64,000 bases of DNA from Elusimicrobiota bacterium (GCA_019135865.1 JAGVVD010000043.1:8340-72339), one strand, 5' to 3'. Positions 46,193-55,903 are shown, counted from the stretch's first letter. Notes: a model not told the origin generated them from the letters alone. Program-made: numbers and translations.

Positions 46193-48070
46193 ATGAGCAG
46201 ATACATACTGGGAATATCCGCTTTCTATCACGACTCGGCGGCGGCCCTCCTGAAGGACGGGAAGGTCGTCTTTGCCGCCCAGGAAGAGCGTTTTAACAGG
46301 GTAAAGAACTTCCCGGGATTCCCGGCCCGAGCCGTAAGGGCGGCCCTGGACTGGGCGGAGAAGCGTGAAGGCAAGGGCCCGGGACTGGCCGGCGTCGAAG
46401 CCGTCGCTTTTTACGACAAGCCTCTCCTTAAGTTCGAGCGCCTGATAGAGACTTACTACGCTTATGCGCCGCGCGGGTTCGCGCAGTTCCTCTCCGCCGC
46501 CCCGGTCTGGGTCGGGGAGAAGATGCTGCTCAAGAGAACGTTGAGGAAAGAACTGGCGAAGATCGACCCCTCCGCCGCCGGAATAAAACTCCTTTTCCCG
46601 GAGCATCACCTCTCTCACGCCGCCAGCGCTTTCTATCCCTCCCCGTTCGGGGAGGCGGCGGTCCTTACCGTGGACGGGGTCGGCGAATGGGCCACGGCGT
46701 CGATATGCGCCGGCCGCGGGAAGGACCTGACGATATTGAAAGAACTCCGTTTCCCTCACTCGCTCGGGCTGCTCTACTCGGCCTTCACGGCCTATACCGG
46801 CTTCAAGGTCAACTCCGGGGAGTACAAGCTGATGGGCCTGGCCCCTTACGGGGACCCCGCCTCCTCCAGGACCGCGGCCTTCATCCGCAAGATAAAGGAC
46901 GTCCTTGCCGACCTGAAGGACGACGGCTCCGTCCGGCTCGACCAGGACTACTTCGATTACACGACGGGGCTCAAGATGACGAAGGACGACAGGTGGGAGG
47001 CGCTTTTCGGGCTGCCTCCCCGCCGGCCCGGGTCCGCCCTCAAGCAGGAATACTGCGACATGGCCCTGGCGGCCCAGGAGTTCACCGGGGAGGCGCTCTG
47101 CAGGATTGCCGCCCATGCCGTCGCGCTGACGGGCAGCAGGGACCTGTGCCTGGCCGGCGGAGTCGCCCTGAACTGCGTGGCCAACGGAAGGATACTGAAG
47201 GCCGGCATCTGCGACCGAATCTGGATACAGCCGGCGGCGGGCGACGCGGGGGGAGCGCTCGGGGCGGCGCTGGCCGCCTGGCATATATATTCGGGGGAAC
47301 CCCGCGTCCCGGAGGTCCCGGACGGCATGGGCGGAGCCCTCCTCGGACCGGACTATACCGGGGAGGAAGCGGAGACCTTCGCCCGCTCCGCGGGCGCGGT
47401 CTACGAAAAGCTCGGGTACGGGGAACTCTGCGCCAGGACCGCGAAGCTGCTGGCTTCGGGAGCGGTGGTCGGCTGGTTCCAGGGCCGCATGGAATGGGGC
47501 CCCAGGGCCCTGGGCAACAGGAGCATCCTGGCGGACGCGAGGGACCCGGAGATGCGCAAGAAGCTCAACCTCAAGATAAAGCACCGGGAGGGATTCAGGC
47601 CCTTCGCCCCGTCCGTCAGGGAAGAGGACGCGGGGGAATTCTTCGAGGACGGCTTCGCCAGCCCGTACATGCTGCTCATAGACCATGTAAGCCGGCCGAG
47701 GCGTATCCCGGGGCCGGCGCACGGCGCCGCGCCGGACCTGGAGGAGAAGTTGTCCCGCCCGAACTCCGACATCCCCGCCGTGACCCATCTGGACCACTCT
47801 TCCCGGGTACAGACGGTGAGCGGGAGGACCAATCCGCGATATCACGCGCTGCTGACCGCCTTTAAAGAACTCACCGGCTGCGGACTGCTGGTGAACACCA
47901 GTTTCAACGTGCGGGAGGAGCCGATAGTGTGTTCGCCGGCCGACGCCTACGCGTGCTTCATGCGGACGGACCTCGACCACCTCGTGATGGGGGATCTTCT
48001 TTTCGACAAAGCCCGGCAGCCGCGAAGAACTGCCGCGGAGGACGGAGGAGGCGACTATGCGGACGATTGA
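46193..48070 (+). CDS. NodU/CmcH-family carbamoyltransferase
   Basis: ILGISAFYHDSAAALLKDGKVVFAAQEERFNR and a C-terminal YrdC-like/Kae1-like architecture. 625 aa. Confidence 0.88.
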   Translation: MSRYILGISAFYHDSAAALLKDGKVVFAAQEERFNRVKNFPGFPARAVRAALDWAEKREGKGPGLAGVEAVAFYDKPLLKFERLIETYYAYAPRGFAQFLSAAPVWVGEKMLLKRTLRKELAKIDPSAAGIKLLFPEHHLSHAASAFYPSPFGEAAVLTVDGVGEWATASICAGRGKDLTILKELRFPHSLGLLYSAFTAYTGFKVNSGEYKLMGLAPYGDPASSRTAAFIRKIKDVLADLKDDGSVRLDQDYFDYTTGLKMTKDDRWEALFGLPPRRPGSALKQEYCDMALAAQEFTGEALCRIAAHAVALTGSRDLCLAGGVALNCVANGRILKAGICDRIWIQPAAGDAGGALGAALAAWHIYSGEPRVPEVPDGMGGALLGPDYTGEEAETFARSAGAVYEKLGYGELCARTAKLLASGAVVGWFQGRMEWGPRALGNRSILADARDPEMRKKLNLKIKHREGFRPFAPSVREEDAGEFFEDGFASPYMLLIDHVSRPRRIPGPAHGAAPDLEEKLSRPNSDIPAVTHLDHSSRVQTVSGRTNPRYHALLTAFKELTGCGLLVNTSFNVREEPIVCSPADAYACFMRTDLDHLVMGDLLFDKARQPRRTAAEDGGGDYADD

Positions 48071-48109
48071 CGGCGCCGGGCGGACGGCCGCGGCGGGGTG
48101 CGGGAAGAC

Positions 48110-48262
48110 ATGTTAGAATTCCTCGGGGACTTCTGGAAATTCCTGAAAGCCCGCCGGAAATGGTGGCTGGTCCCGGTCGTCCTGGCGCTCCTGCTCTTCG
48201 GGGCCCTCTTCCTGCTTTCAGGCGGCAGCGCGGTATCGCCTTTCATCTACACCCTGTTCTGA
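48110..48262 (+). CDS. small membrane protein (DUF5989-like) following the carbamoyltransferase
   Basis: Hand-translated 50-aa ORF, below the track cutoff: MLEFLGDFWKFLKARRKWWLVPVVLALLLFGALFLLSGGSAVSPFIYTLF. This matches the small-protein type I recall downstream of such carbamoyltransferases. Confidence 0.55.
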   Translation: MLEFLGDFWKFLKARRKWWLVPVVLALLLFGALFLLSGGSAVSPFIYTLF

Positions 48263-48636
48263 TGAACGACGCGGAAAGGAAAAAAGAACTGGGAACGGTA
48301 TGCCTGCTCGCCGCCGCGGCGGCGGCTCCGGGCTTTTTCTTCAAGATCGCCGGGCTTCAATGGCTGGCGCTGATACTTCTGACCGTGGGGCTGTGCTGGA
48401 AAAGCGCGGCCGCGGGGATATCCCGGGCCTGGCTCGCTTTCGCCGGGGTCCTGGGGCGCATAAATTCCGGGATACTTCTTTCGGTAATATTCTTTCTGGT
48501 CATAACCCCGGCCGCTTTCCTGTTCAGGCTTTTCAACAAGGACCACCTGGGACTGCGAAAGCGTCCGGGAGCGCCCTCCTATTTCCGGGACAGGGCGCAT
48601 CTTTTCTCCAGGGAAGACCTGGAAAACCCCTGGTGA
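48262..48636 (+). CDS. SxtJ-like small membrane protein
   Basis: 124 aa starting MNDAERKKELG, with hydrophobic helices. The ATG overlaps the previous stop (TGATG). This is the 3' part of track ORF 47929..48636. Confidence 0.5.
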   Translation: MNDAERKKELGTVCLLAAAAAAPGFFFKIAGLQWLALILLTVGLCWKSAAAGISRAWLAFAGVLGRINSGILLSVIFFLVITPAAFLFRLFNKDHLGLRKRPGAPSYFRDRAHLFSREDLENPW

Positions 48637-48671
48637 CCGCGGCCGGGCGCCGCCCGGCTAAAAAAGCCGCG

Positions 48672-50768
48672 TCACTGCAGCTGCGACAGATCGGCGACGC
48701 CCTCGACCAGGCTGACCAGCGACTTTATCAGGTTGAGCCTGTTGTCGCGCACCTTCGGGTCCTCGGCCATGACCATGACCTTGTCGAAGAAGTTGTCCAG
48801 GCTGGGTTTTATGGCCAGCAGCTCGGACAGCCCCTTCGCGTAATCGCGCGCCGCGACGTGCTCCCTCAGCCTGCCGCCCATCGCCTTGATATCCCCGTGG
48901 AGAGCCCTCTCCTCGTCCTTCTCGAAAGCGCCCTCGTCGGGCGAGCCGCTCAGGGGGGACTTCGACTGCTTCAGTATGTTCTTGGCGCGCTTGAAGGCCG
49001 CCGCGATGCCCGAGAAATCCGGGTTGGAACGCAGCGAGTTTATGTCCTTCACGCGGGCGCGGCAGTCGAGCAGGTCGCCGCCGTCCATGAAGAACTCGCG
49101 CACGGCCTTTATCTCGTCGAAGCGCAGGCCCTGCTCGGAGAAGACCGCCTCGGCGCGCTGCCAGACGAAATCCAGCAGGGCCTCGCGGCGCGCCGGCAGG
49201 TCCTTGCGCGCGTCCGGCAGCATACCGGCGAAAGGCTCCAGCGCCGCGTCCAGCGCGTCGCAGAGGTTCAGCCTGAGCTCTTTCTCCAGCACGATGCGCA
49301 CCGCGCCCAGCGCCTGGCGGCGCAGGCCGTGGGGGTCCGCGCTGCCAGTGGGGATCTGGCCGGTATAGAAATCGGCGGCCAGCGTGTCGAGCTTGCCCGC
49401 CAGCGACACGACGGCCCCCTCGACGGAGGCCGGTATCGGCGAGGCGGCCGACGCGGGCCAGTAGAATTCCCCGACGGCCCGCGCCGCGTTCTCCCTCAGG
49501 CCGGCGTTGGCGGCGTAATAGCCGCCCATCGTGCCCTGCAGTTCGGGGAACTCGCCGACGAGCCCGCTGACCAGGTCGGAATAGACGTACTTGGAAGCCG
49601 CGGCGATGTCCTCCGCGCAGGCCTCTTTGGAGGCCCCGCAGAGGCGGGCGGCCAGCGCTTCCACCCGGGCGGCCTTGTCGGCCATCGTGCCCAGCTTCGC
49701 CTGGAAAGTGACGCTGGCGAGCTTTTTGTTGAAATCGGCCAGCGGCACGGCGAGGTCGCGGGTATAGAAGAAGATGGCGTCGCGGAAGCGGGCCTCGAGC
49801 ACGTTGCGGAAGCCCTCCTCCACGTTGCGCTGCCCGCGCGAGACGCCGTCGCGTATGCCGACGAACCAGGGCTGCAGGCGCCCCTTGGCGTCCGCGACCG
49901 TGAAGAACTTCAGCTGCTTCTTCATGACCAGGTGGACCAGCTCGGGGGGGAGCTTGAGGAAATCCTGCGAATACGACGAGACCACGCAGACCGGGTACTC
50001 CACGAGATAGAGGTTCTCGGTCAACAGCTCCTCGTCTATCTCGACCTCCAGTTTCATGCGTTTGCACACGGCGGCCAGCTCGCGGCGCAGCGCCGCCAGC
50101 CTGTCGGCGTCCTTCACCACCACGCCGGCGTGCTCGAGGGTCTTGAAGTATTTCTCGGCCGAGGCGATCTTGAGAGGTCTGGAACCCTTGGCGCTGATAC
50201 CGGCGGTGACCCGGCCGGACTTTATCCCGGCGACGGAGAAAACCACGGGTTTATCGCCGTGCAGGGCCAGCAGGCTGCGTATGGGCCGCGCGAAGCGGAA
50301 CCGGGTCTTCTCCCAGACCATGTTCTTGGGGAACTGCAGCTTCGCTATGACGGCGGGGAAGAGCTCGGCCAGCGCCTTGGACGCGGCGCGGCCGGGGACG
50401 CGGGTCTCGAAGACCAGCACTTCGCCTTTGTTGGGCACGGTCTCCACGCCCAGCTTGTCCGGCGTGGTGCCGCGCGAGCGGGCGAAACCGGCCGCCTGCG
50501 GCGTAAAATTACCGTCGGGGCCGCGCAGCAGCTTCGCCGAGGGGCCGTAATGCTTCTGGACCTTCTCCTCGGTCTTGGCCGGCACGCCCGCCAGGTGCAG
50601 GACCAGGCGCTTGTAGGTGCCGTAAGCGGCGATGGAATCGTAAGGCAGGCTGGCCTCTTTGAGCGCCTCGGAGGCGTACCTGACCAGCTGTTCCCCGGCG
50701 GAGGTGACGAAGCGCGCCGGGATGTTCTCCATGCGTATCTCGAGGACCACTTCCCTCTTAGCGGACAT
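48672..50768 (-). CDS. glyS: glycine--tRNA ligase beta subunit
   Basis: 698 aa, full-length GlyS-like, overlapping the glyQ stop by 11 nt. Confidence 0.9.
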   Translation of the reverse strand: MSAKREVVLEIRMENIPARFVTSAGEQLVRYASEALKEASLPYDSIAAYGTYKRLVLHLAGVPAKTEEKVQKHYGPSAKLLRGPDGNFTPQAAGFARSRGTTPDKLGVETVPNKGEVLVFETRVPGRAASKALAELFPAVIAKLQFPKNMVWEKTRFRFARPIRSLLALHGDKPVVFSVAGIKSGRVTAGISAKGSRPLKIASAEKYFKTLEHAGVVVKDADRLAALRRELAAVCKRMKLEVEIDEELLTENLYLVEYPVCVVSSYSQDFLKLPPELVHLVMKKQLKFFTVADAKGRLQPWFVGIRDGVSRGQRNVEEGFRNVLEARFRDAIFFYTRDLAVPLADFNKKLASVTFQAKLGTMADKAARVEALAARLCGASKEACAEDIAAASKYVYSDLVSGLVGEFPELQGTMGGYYAANAGLRENAARAVGEFYWPASAASPIPASVEGAVVSLAGKLDTLAADFYTGQIPTGSADPHGLRRQALGAVRIVLEKELRLNLCDALDAALEPFAGMLPDARKDLPARREALLDFVWQRAEAVFSEQGLRFDEIKAVREFFMDGGDLLDCRARVKDINSLRSNPDFSGIAAAFKRAKNILKQSKSPLSGSPDEGAFEKDEERALHGDIKAMGGRLREHVAARDYAKGLSELLAIKPSLDNFFDKVMVMAEDPKVRDNRLNLIKSLVSLVEGVADLSQLQ

Positions 50769-51654
50769 CGGCGGCCTCCTTTTTATCCCCGCCTTGCGGG
50801 GACTTCGGCGAAGGCTCGTTGGCCTCCACGTGGGCGACCGCGCAGGCCTTGGCGATGTCGCGTATGCGCTTTATCATCACGGCGCGCTCGGAGACCGAGA
50901 TGGCCCCGCGCGCGTCGAGCAGGTTGAAGTTCTGCGAGCATTTCATGACCAGGTCGAAGGCCGGCAGGTAGTAGCCTTTCGCCGCCAGGCGGGGAACTTC
51001 CTGCTCCCATTTCCCGAAGTTGAACCGCAGGTTCTCCGTGTCCGCCTCCTCGAAGTTGTAATGCGAGAACTGCTCCTCCTGCCCCTTGTGCACCTCGCCG
51101 TAGGTCAGCCGGTCGGTCCACATGATGTCGAAGATGCTCTTCTTCTTCTGGGCGAACATGGCCAGGCGCTCCAGGCCGTAGGTGATCTCCACGGTTATCG
51201 GGTCGAGCTCGTACGAGGCCATCTGCTGGAAATAGGTGAACTGCGTGATCTCCATCCCGTCCAGCCAGACCTCCCAGCCCACGCCCGAGGCGCCCAGCGT
51301 CGGCGATTCCCAGTCGTCCTCGATCCAGCGGATATCGTGCTCGGAATGGTCCACGCCGATGGCCTTGAGCGAGGCCAGGTAGACCTGCTGAATATCGGCC
51401 ATCGGCGGCTTGATGATGACCTGGTACTGGTAGTACTTGCCCAGGCGGTTGGGATTGGCGCCGAAGCGGCCGTCGCCGGGGCGGCGGCAGGGCTCGACGT
51501 AGGCCACGCTGTTGGGCTTCGAGGTGAGCGAGCCGAAGAAAGTGGCCGGGTTGAAAGTGCCCGCGCCCTTCTCCAGGTCGTAGGGCTGTATTATCGCGCA
51601 GCCCTGCCTGGCCCAGTACTGGTCGAGCCTGAGTATGATCTCCTGGAAGTTCAT
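50758..51654 (-). CDS. glyQ: glycine--tRNA ligase alpha subunit
   Basis: [26 protein letters not shown]... is highly conserved GlyQ sequence. The track ORF's 5' extension (to 52326) was trimmed. Confidence 0.95.
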   Translation of the reverse strand: MNFQEIILRLDQYWARQGCAIIQPYDLEKGAGTFNPATFFGSLTSKPNSVAYVEPCRRPGDGRFGANPNRLGKYYQYQVIIKPPMADIQQVYLASLKAIGVDHSEHDIRWIEDDWESPTLGASGVGWEVWLDGMEITQFTYFQQMASYELDPITVEITYGLERLAMFAQKKKSIFDIMWTDRLTYGEVHKGQEEQFSHYNFEEADTENLRFNFGKWEQEVPRLAAKGYYLPAFDLVMKCSQNFNLLDARGAISVSERAVMIKRIRDIAKACAVAHVEANEPSPKSPQGGDKKEAADVR

Positions 51655-51668
51655 ATTGTCTCCTAAGT

Positions 51669-52310
51669 TCAGACGAAAGCGGCGGTCTTGAAGGTCAGCC
51701 CGAGATTGCCGGCGAAACATTTTTCGAGGGTGGTGTCCACGCGCCGGAGCAGGTCGTCGTCGGCCGGCGCGGCGTCCACGCCGTCCCAGCTGCCCGAGTG
51801 AAGGGTCTCCCAGAGGCCGTGGTCCAGCCCCACGCTGGTCTCCGCGAAACCCACGCCGACCAGCTCGGCCAGGCGCAGCGAGAAGGCCCGGCGGGTCCAA
51901 GGGGTGAAACCCCTGGAGTCGAGGCGCTCCAGCGCCGAGAGCAGCAGGTCGTACTTCTCCGGGTTGGGGTGCGCGTACGGCGTCAGGGCCATCACCAGTT
52001 CGCAGAAATGCGAGGCCAGGAAGAGCCGCTCGGCGGCGGCCCTTATCCCGGGAAAGGCGCGCAGCGAAGTCCCGCCGGTGCAGACGGGAAAATTGGAACC
52101 GGGCCGCTGGTGGAGGCGGTAATCCCCGACGGTGAGCGGCTCGCTGAGCGCCTTGAGCTTGCCGGCCGCCCGCGCCACGCCCTTGAAGTTGACCTCCAGC
52201 TTGCCGTATTCCCGGGTATAGAGGGTGACGATGCGGCCGTTCTCCTGGAGCGGCCGCCGCCGCAGCACTATCGCCCTGTCGCAGAAATTCATGGGGGAAT
52301 ATTTTATCAA
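51669..52310 (-). CDS. recO: DNA repair protein RecO
   Basis: An OB-fold N-terminus ([26 protein letters not shown]) and a helical C-terminal domain. The start may be the internal MNFCDR. Confidence 0.75.
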   Translation of the reverse strand: MIKYSPMNFCDRAIVLRRRPLQENGRIVTLYTREYGKLEVNFKGVARAAGKLKALSEPLTVGDYRLHQRPGSNFPVCTGGTSLRAFPGIRAAAERLFLASHFCELVMALTPYAHPNPEKYDLLLSALERLDSRGFTPWTRRAFSLRLAELVGVGFAETSVGLDHGLWETLHSGSWDGVDAAPADDDLLRRVDTTLEKCFAGNLGLTFKTAAFV

Positions 52311-52358
52311 AGAACAGGTCCGGCAACTATACCGGCGCCAGCGCTGACTACCGCAGTT

Positions 52359-52387
52359 TTGCGTAAGGGCGCCGAATTATTTATAAT
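52359..52387 (+). promoter_or_regulatory. Putative sigma70 promoter of rpmH-rnpA, abutting the start codon
   Basis: TTGCGT, 17 nt, TATAAT. The -10 ends 10 nt before the rpmH ATG and no SD lies between them. Confidence 0.5.
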
Positions 52388-52397
52388 ATACGCACAT

Positions 52398-52535
52398 ATG
52401 CTCCCTACATACAGACCTAACAAAAGACGCAGAAAGAAATCCATCGGTTTCCGCGCGCGCATGAAGACCAAGGGCGGCCGCAAAGTGCTGTCCGCCAGGC
52501 GCCGGAAGGGCCGCTGGAGCATCATCCCCGAATAA
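52398..52535 (+). CDS. rpmH: 50S ribosomal protein L34
   Basis: Hand-delimited 45-aa ORF: [45 protein letters not shown]. Confidence 0.92.
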   Translation: MLPTYRPNKRRRKKSIGFRARMKTKGGRKVLSARRRKGRWSIIPE

Positions 52536-52579
52536 GGGGAGCGCCCCTCCGCTCCGGCGGCAGGGGCGATCTGGATTCA

Positions 52580-52984
52580 GTGAAGAAATTCCCTCTTTCC
52601 CGCGCCATGAGGCTCAAGGGCCGCAAGAACTTCTCCCGCGTCTTCGAGACGGGGGGGAAGGCGGCGACGAAAAGCCTGGTGATGTGGAACGCGGCGCCCC
52701 CGGAAGGAAATGTTCTCCCGGCGGACCGGCGCATGGGCCTGGCGGTGAGCCGCAAGGCCGGCGGCGCGGTGAGGCGCAACAGGATAAAGAGGATATTGAG
52801 AGAAGCTTACAGGCTCAACAGGTTTCGACTGAAGGATGGGGCCTGGTTCATAGTTTACCCGAAGGCCGGCTGCGGGCTCGACTCGCTGGCCGGGGCGAAA
52901 AAGGAGCTGCTGCAGGCCTGGGAACGGGCCGGGCTGCTCGCGGACCCCGGGGCGGAGCCCGGCCGGAACGGAAGAAAGGCATGA
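52580..52984 (+). CDS. rnpA: ribonuclease P protein component
   Basis: GTG start. LKGRKNFSRVF and an RNRIKRILREAYR (RNR-motif) segment. Follows rpmH. Confidence 0.88.
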   Translation: MKKFPLSRAMRLKGRKNFSRVFETGGKAATKSLVMWNAAPPEGNVLPADRRMGLAVSRKAGGAVRRNRIKRILREAYRLNRFRLKDGAWFIVYPKAGCGLDSLAGAKKELLQAWERAGLLADPGAEPGRNGRKA

Positions 52985-53181
52985 CGGCTTTCATAAAGGC
53001 ATTCTACGCCTCGCTGCGGCCCATACTGGGTCCGCGCGCCTGCCGCTTCCACCCGACATGCTCGGCATACGCCTTCGAGGCGCTGAAAAAGCACGGCCCG
53101 GTGAAAGGGCTCGCGCTCGGCGCACGCCGTATATTGAACTGCCATCCTTTCAACCCGGGCGGCTACGACCCGGTGCCCTGA
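52981..53181 (+). CDS. yidD: membrane protein insertion efficiency factor YidD
   Basis: 66 aa with CRFHPTCSAYA. It overlaps the rnpA stop by 4 nt. Confidence 0.9.
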   Translation: MTAFIKAFYASLRPILGPRACRFHPTCSAYAFEALKKHGPVKGLALGARRILNCHPFNPGGYDPVP

Positions 53182-53212
53182 AACCTGCGCGGCCGGCCTT
53201 CAGGAGGCCACG

Positions 53213-54757
53213 ATGCAGAAGAATCTGGTATTAGCGGTAGTCCTTTCCGCGGTAGTGTATATCGGCTGGTATTCCATGGTGGCGCCCCCGCCGCCCCGCC
53301 AGGTCCCCGTCCAAGGGGAACAGAAGGCCGGAGTCACTACCGCCGCCGCCGTATCCGCGGCGGCCGCCGGCGCGGACGCCAGGCCCCTCAAGTTCTCCGA
53401 AGAAGCCTCGGCGCGCTCCTACGAACCCGTAAAGATAAAGGTCGCCAAAGCCGAGTACCGGCTGGACCCGCTCACCGCCTCGCTCACCGGCGCGGCCTAT
53501 GACGGCCCGGTCGAGCAGGTGGAACTGGTCCCCGAGGGCTCGGCCTATTTCTCGGCTTTCGAAGGCCTGCGCTTCTCGCCCGCCGGTTCCCGCCGCTATT
53601 CCGCCTCTTTCGAGGCCAGGCCCGAGCGCGGGATACTGATCTCCAAGACCTTCGATTTCGACCCGGACAACCGCATCAACACCCTCACGATAAAAGTGTC
53701 CAACCAGGGCCCCGCCGCGAGGCAGCTGCAGCCCTGGTCGCTCAAGATCGGCCCCGGCATCTCCACCGTAAAGAGCGAACTGAAGGAGAACCCGAAGATC
53801 TGGCGCGCGCTTTACACCGTGCAGCAGAAAGGGAAGAAGAACCCGACGCCGGTCGAACTGGAGAAGGACTCGGGCGAGAAGGACTGGCTCTGGGCCGGGG
53901 TGGACAACCGGTATTTCCTGGCCGCCGTGATCGGCGAGGGACTGGACAGGACGGGCCTGAAGTTCGCCGAGGAGAAATCGGGAGAGGAAAAGGAAGCGCC
54001 GTCGCTGCTGATACCTTTCGCCGCCGAGGTGCTGGCTCCCGGCGCCTCGAAGACCTGGAAGATGGATTTTTACCTCGGCCCCAAGCACCTGCCTCTTCTG
54101 AAACAGCTCGGGCACGGACTGGACCGCTCGGTGGACTTCGGCTTCTTCTCGCCGCTGGCCAAACTGGCCGAAAAGGCCCTCGGCTTCTTCCACGACATGA
54201 CCGGCAACTACGGGGCCGCCATACTCATGCTCAGCGTCGTGCTGCAGATCTTCGTGATGCCGCTGAGCTTCAAGTCCTATAAGGCGATGACGCTGATGAA
54301 GAAGCTCCAGCCCGAGATGCAGCGCATCCAGGCCAAATACAAGGACAACCCGCAGCGCATGAACCAGGAGATCATGGACATGTACAAAAAGCACGGCGCC
54401 AACCCGCTGGGCGGCTGCCTGCCGATGCTGCTGCAGATACCCATCTTCTTCGCGCTGTTCACGGCGCTGCGCAATTCCTGGAGCCTCCACGGCGCGCCCT
54501 TCGCGCTCTGGATCACCGACCTGTCGTCGAAGGACCCGTACTACGTGCTCCCGCTGACGATGGGCGCGGTCATGGTGCTGCAGCAGCACTTCAGCCCGCA
54601 GGCCGGCGACCCGGCGCAGGTCAAGATCATGAAGTGGATGCCCGTCATCTTCACCTTCATGTTCCTGACCTTCCCGGCGGGCCTGGTGATGTACTGGCTG
54701 GTCAACAGCCTGTTCGGCTTCGCGCAGAGCATGTACATGCAGAAGAAGTTCGCGTGA
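53213..54757 (+). CDS. yidC: membrane protein insertase YidC
   Basis: An N-terminal TM helix, a periplasmic domain, and the conserved 60-kDa IMP core (MQRIQAKYKDNPQRMNQEIMDMYKKHGANPLGGCLPMLLQIPIFFAL). Confidence 0.92.
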   Translation: MQKNLVLAVVLSAVVYIGWYSMVAPPPPRQVPVQGEQKAGVTTAAAVSAAAAGADARPLKFSEEASARSYEPVKIKVAKAEYRLDPLTASLTGAAYDGPVEQVELVPEGSAYFSAFEGLRFSPAGSRRYSASFEARPERGILISKTFDFDPDNRINTLTIKVSNQGPAARQLQPWSLKIGPGISTVKSELKENPKIWRALYTVQQKGKKNPTPVELEKDSGEKDWLWAGVDNRYFLAAVIGEGLDRTGLKFAEEKSGEEKEAPSLLIPFAAEVLAPGASKTWKMDFYLGPKHLPLLKQLGHGLDRSVDFGFFSPLAKLAEKALGFFHDMTGNYGAAILMLSVVLQIFVMPLSFKSYKAMTLMKKLQPEMQRIQAKYKDNPQRMNQEIMDMYKKHGANPLGGCLPMLLQIPIFFALFTALRNSWSLHGAPFALWITDLSSKDPYYVLPLTMGAVMVLQQHFSPQAGDPAQVKIMKWMPVIFTFMFLTFPAGLVMYWLVNSLFGFAQSMYMQKKFA

Positions 54758-54802
54758 TATTTTTACGGGGAGCCCCAGGGCTTCCCGCGGAGGTAAAGCA
54801 AG

Positions 54803-55903
54803 ATGAAAGAGCTGAAAATTGAGGCCAAGACCATCCAGGACGCGGTGGAAAAAGGCCTCGGAGAAATGTCCCTGAGAAGGGACCAGGTGGAGGTCGTGGT
54901 GGTATCCGAGGGCAAGAAAGGCCTTTTCGGGTTAGGCGCCAGACCCGCCTGCGTGGTGCTGCGCGAGAAGCGCTGGGGCGGTGCCGACGAGGACCGCGGC
55001 CGCGGGCGCGGGCGCGGCGACAGGCATGAACGGGGGGAGGAGCGGGGACGCGGCGGCGAGCGCGGCGAACGCGGCGGCAGAGGCCGCCGGGACCGCGGCG
55101 ACCGCGGCGGCGAGCGCGGCGACAGAGGGGACCGCGGCGGCAGGGGCGACAGGCCCCGGCGCGACAGGTCCGAAGGCCGCCCGCCCAGGCAGGAGATACG
55201 CAGGCCCGAAGGCCCGCCGCCGGAGCTGGAACCCGCGGCGATGGAGATAGCCAGGCCGGAGGACACCGCCGAGCACGCGAAACAGGCGGTCTCCAAGATA
55301 ATGGAGTACATGGGCCTGCCCTGCGAGATACAGGAAGTGAAGACCCTCGAAGACGGCAAGATACTGGTGAAGTTCGAATCCGCCGAGAGCGCCATGCTGC
55401 TCGAGGATAACGCCAGGCCGATGCAGGCCATGCAGTACCTGGTGAGCTCGATAGTCAACAAGGGCCGCTCCGGCAAGCTGGCGGTGCAGCTCGACACGGG
55501 CGGGTACTGGGAGCGCAAGGAGAAAGAACTGGACCGCAAGGTGGAGTTCGCCGTGAAGACGGTGAAGGCCACCGGCAGGCTGTTCCGCCTGGAGGCCATG
55601 CCGGCCCCGATGCGCAAGTACGTGCACAACCTGGTCAAGACCTCCTATCCCGAAGTCGAGACCGTCTCGGAAGGCGAAGGGAAATGGCGCAAGGTAGTGC
55701 TGCGCCCCGCCGCCGGCAGGCCCGCCGAGGCGCCGGCCGCCAGGCCCGAAGCCAGGACCGAGGCCCCGGCCCCGGCCGTAACGACCCCGGCTCCGCAGCC
55801 GGAAGTTCAGGCCCCGGCCGCTCCGGAGCCCGAGGCCAAGTCCCCGGAAGCGGAGACCGGCAACGAGGCCGCCCCCGTCAACGGGGAGAACGAGAGCCGC
55901 TGA
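54803..55903 (+). CDS. jag: Jag/KhpB-type RNA-binding protein (Jag_N, KH, R3H) with an inserted Arg-Gly-rich segment
   Basis: MKELKIEAKTIQDAVEKGL...GLFGLG is the Jag N-domain. The KH-like core follows, then an R3H-like MRKYVHNLV. An (E/D)RG(D/G)RGG repeat block of about 70 aa lies between the N-domain and KH. Confidence 0.8.
   Translation: MKELKIEAKTIQDAVEKGLGEMSLRRDQVEVVVVSEGKKGLFGLGARPACVVLREKRWGGADEDRGRGRGRGDRHERGEERGRGGERGERGGRGRRDRGDRGGERGDRGDRGGRGDRPRRDRSEGRPPRQEIRRPEGPPPELEPAAMEIARPEDTAEHAKQAVSKIMEYMGLPCEIQEVKTLEDGKILVKFESAESAMLLEDNARPMQAMQYLVSSIVNKGRSGKLAVQLDTGGYWERKEKELDRKVEFAVKTVKATGRLFRLEAMPAPMRKYVHNLVKTSYPEVETVSEGEGKWRKVVLRPAAGRPAEAPAARPEARTEAPAPAVTTPAPQPEVQAPAAPEPEAKSPEAETGNEAAPVNGENESR

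Noticed and set aside
48637-48671. GC-rich hairpin (gccgggcgccgcccggc) with an adjacent A-run between the convergent SxtJ-like gene and glyS, as a possible bidirectional terminator.
   Set aside because: The U-tract is on the wrong side of the stem for both transcription directions as I fold it. There is not enough evidence to call a terminator.
52311-52397. Possible oriC/dnaA region. The rpmH-rnpA-yidC-jag-mnmE-mnmG-rsmG cluster is usually origin-proximal, and gene orientation switches at the rpsB/nadE divergence (42524-42711).
   Set aside because: No dnaA or dnaN gene is present. I found no cluster of TTATCCACA-like DnaA boxes, and no AT-rich 13-mer-type unwinding element, in either intergenic region. 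Both spacers are short (87 and 188 bp) and are explained by divergent promoters. GC-skew cannot be evaluated by eye.
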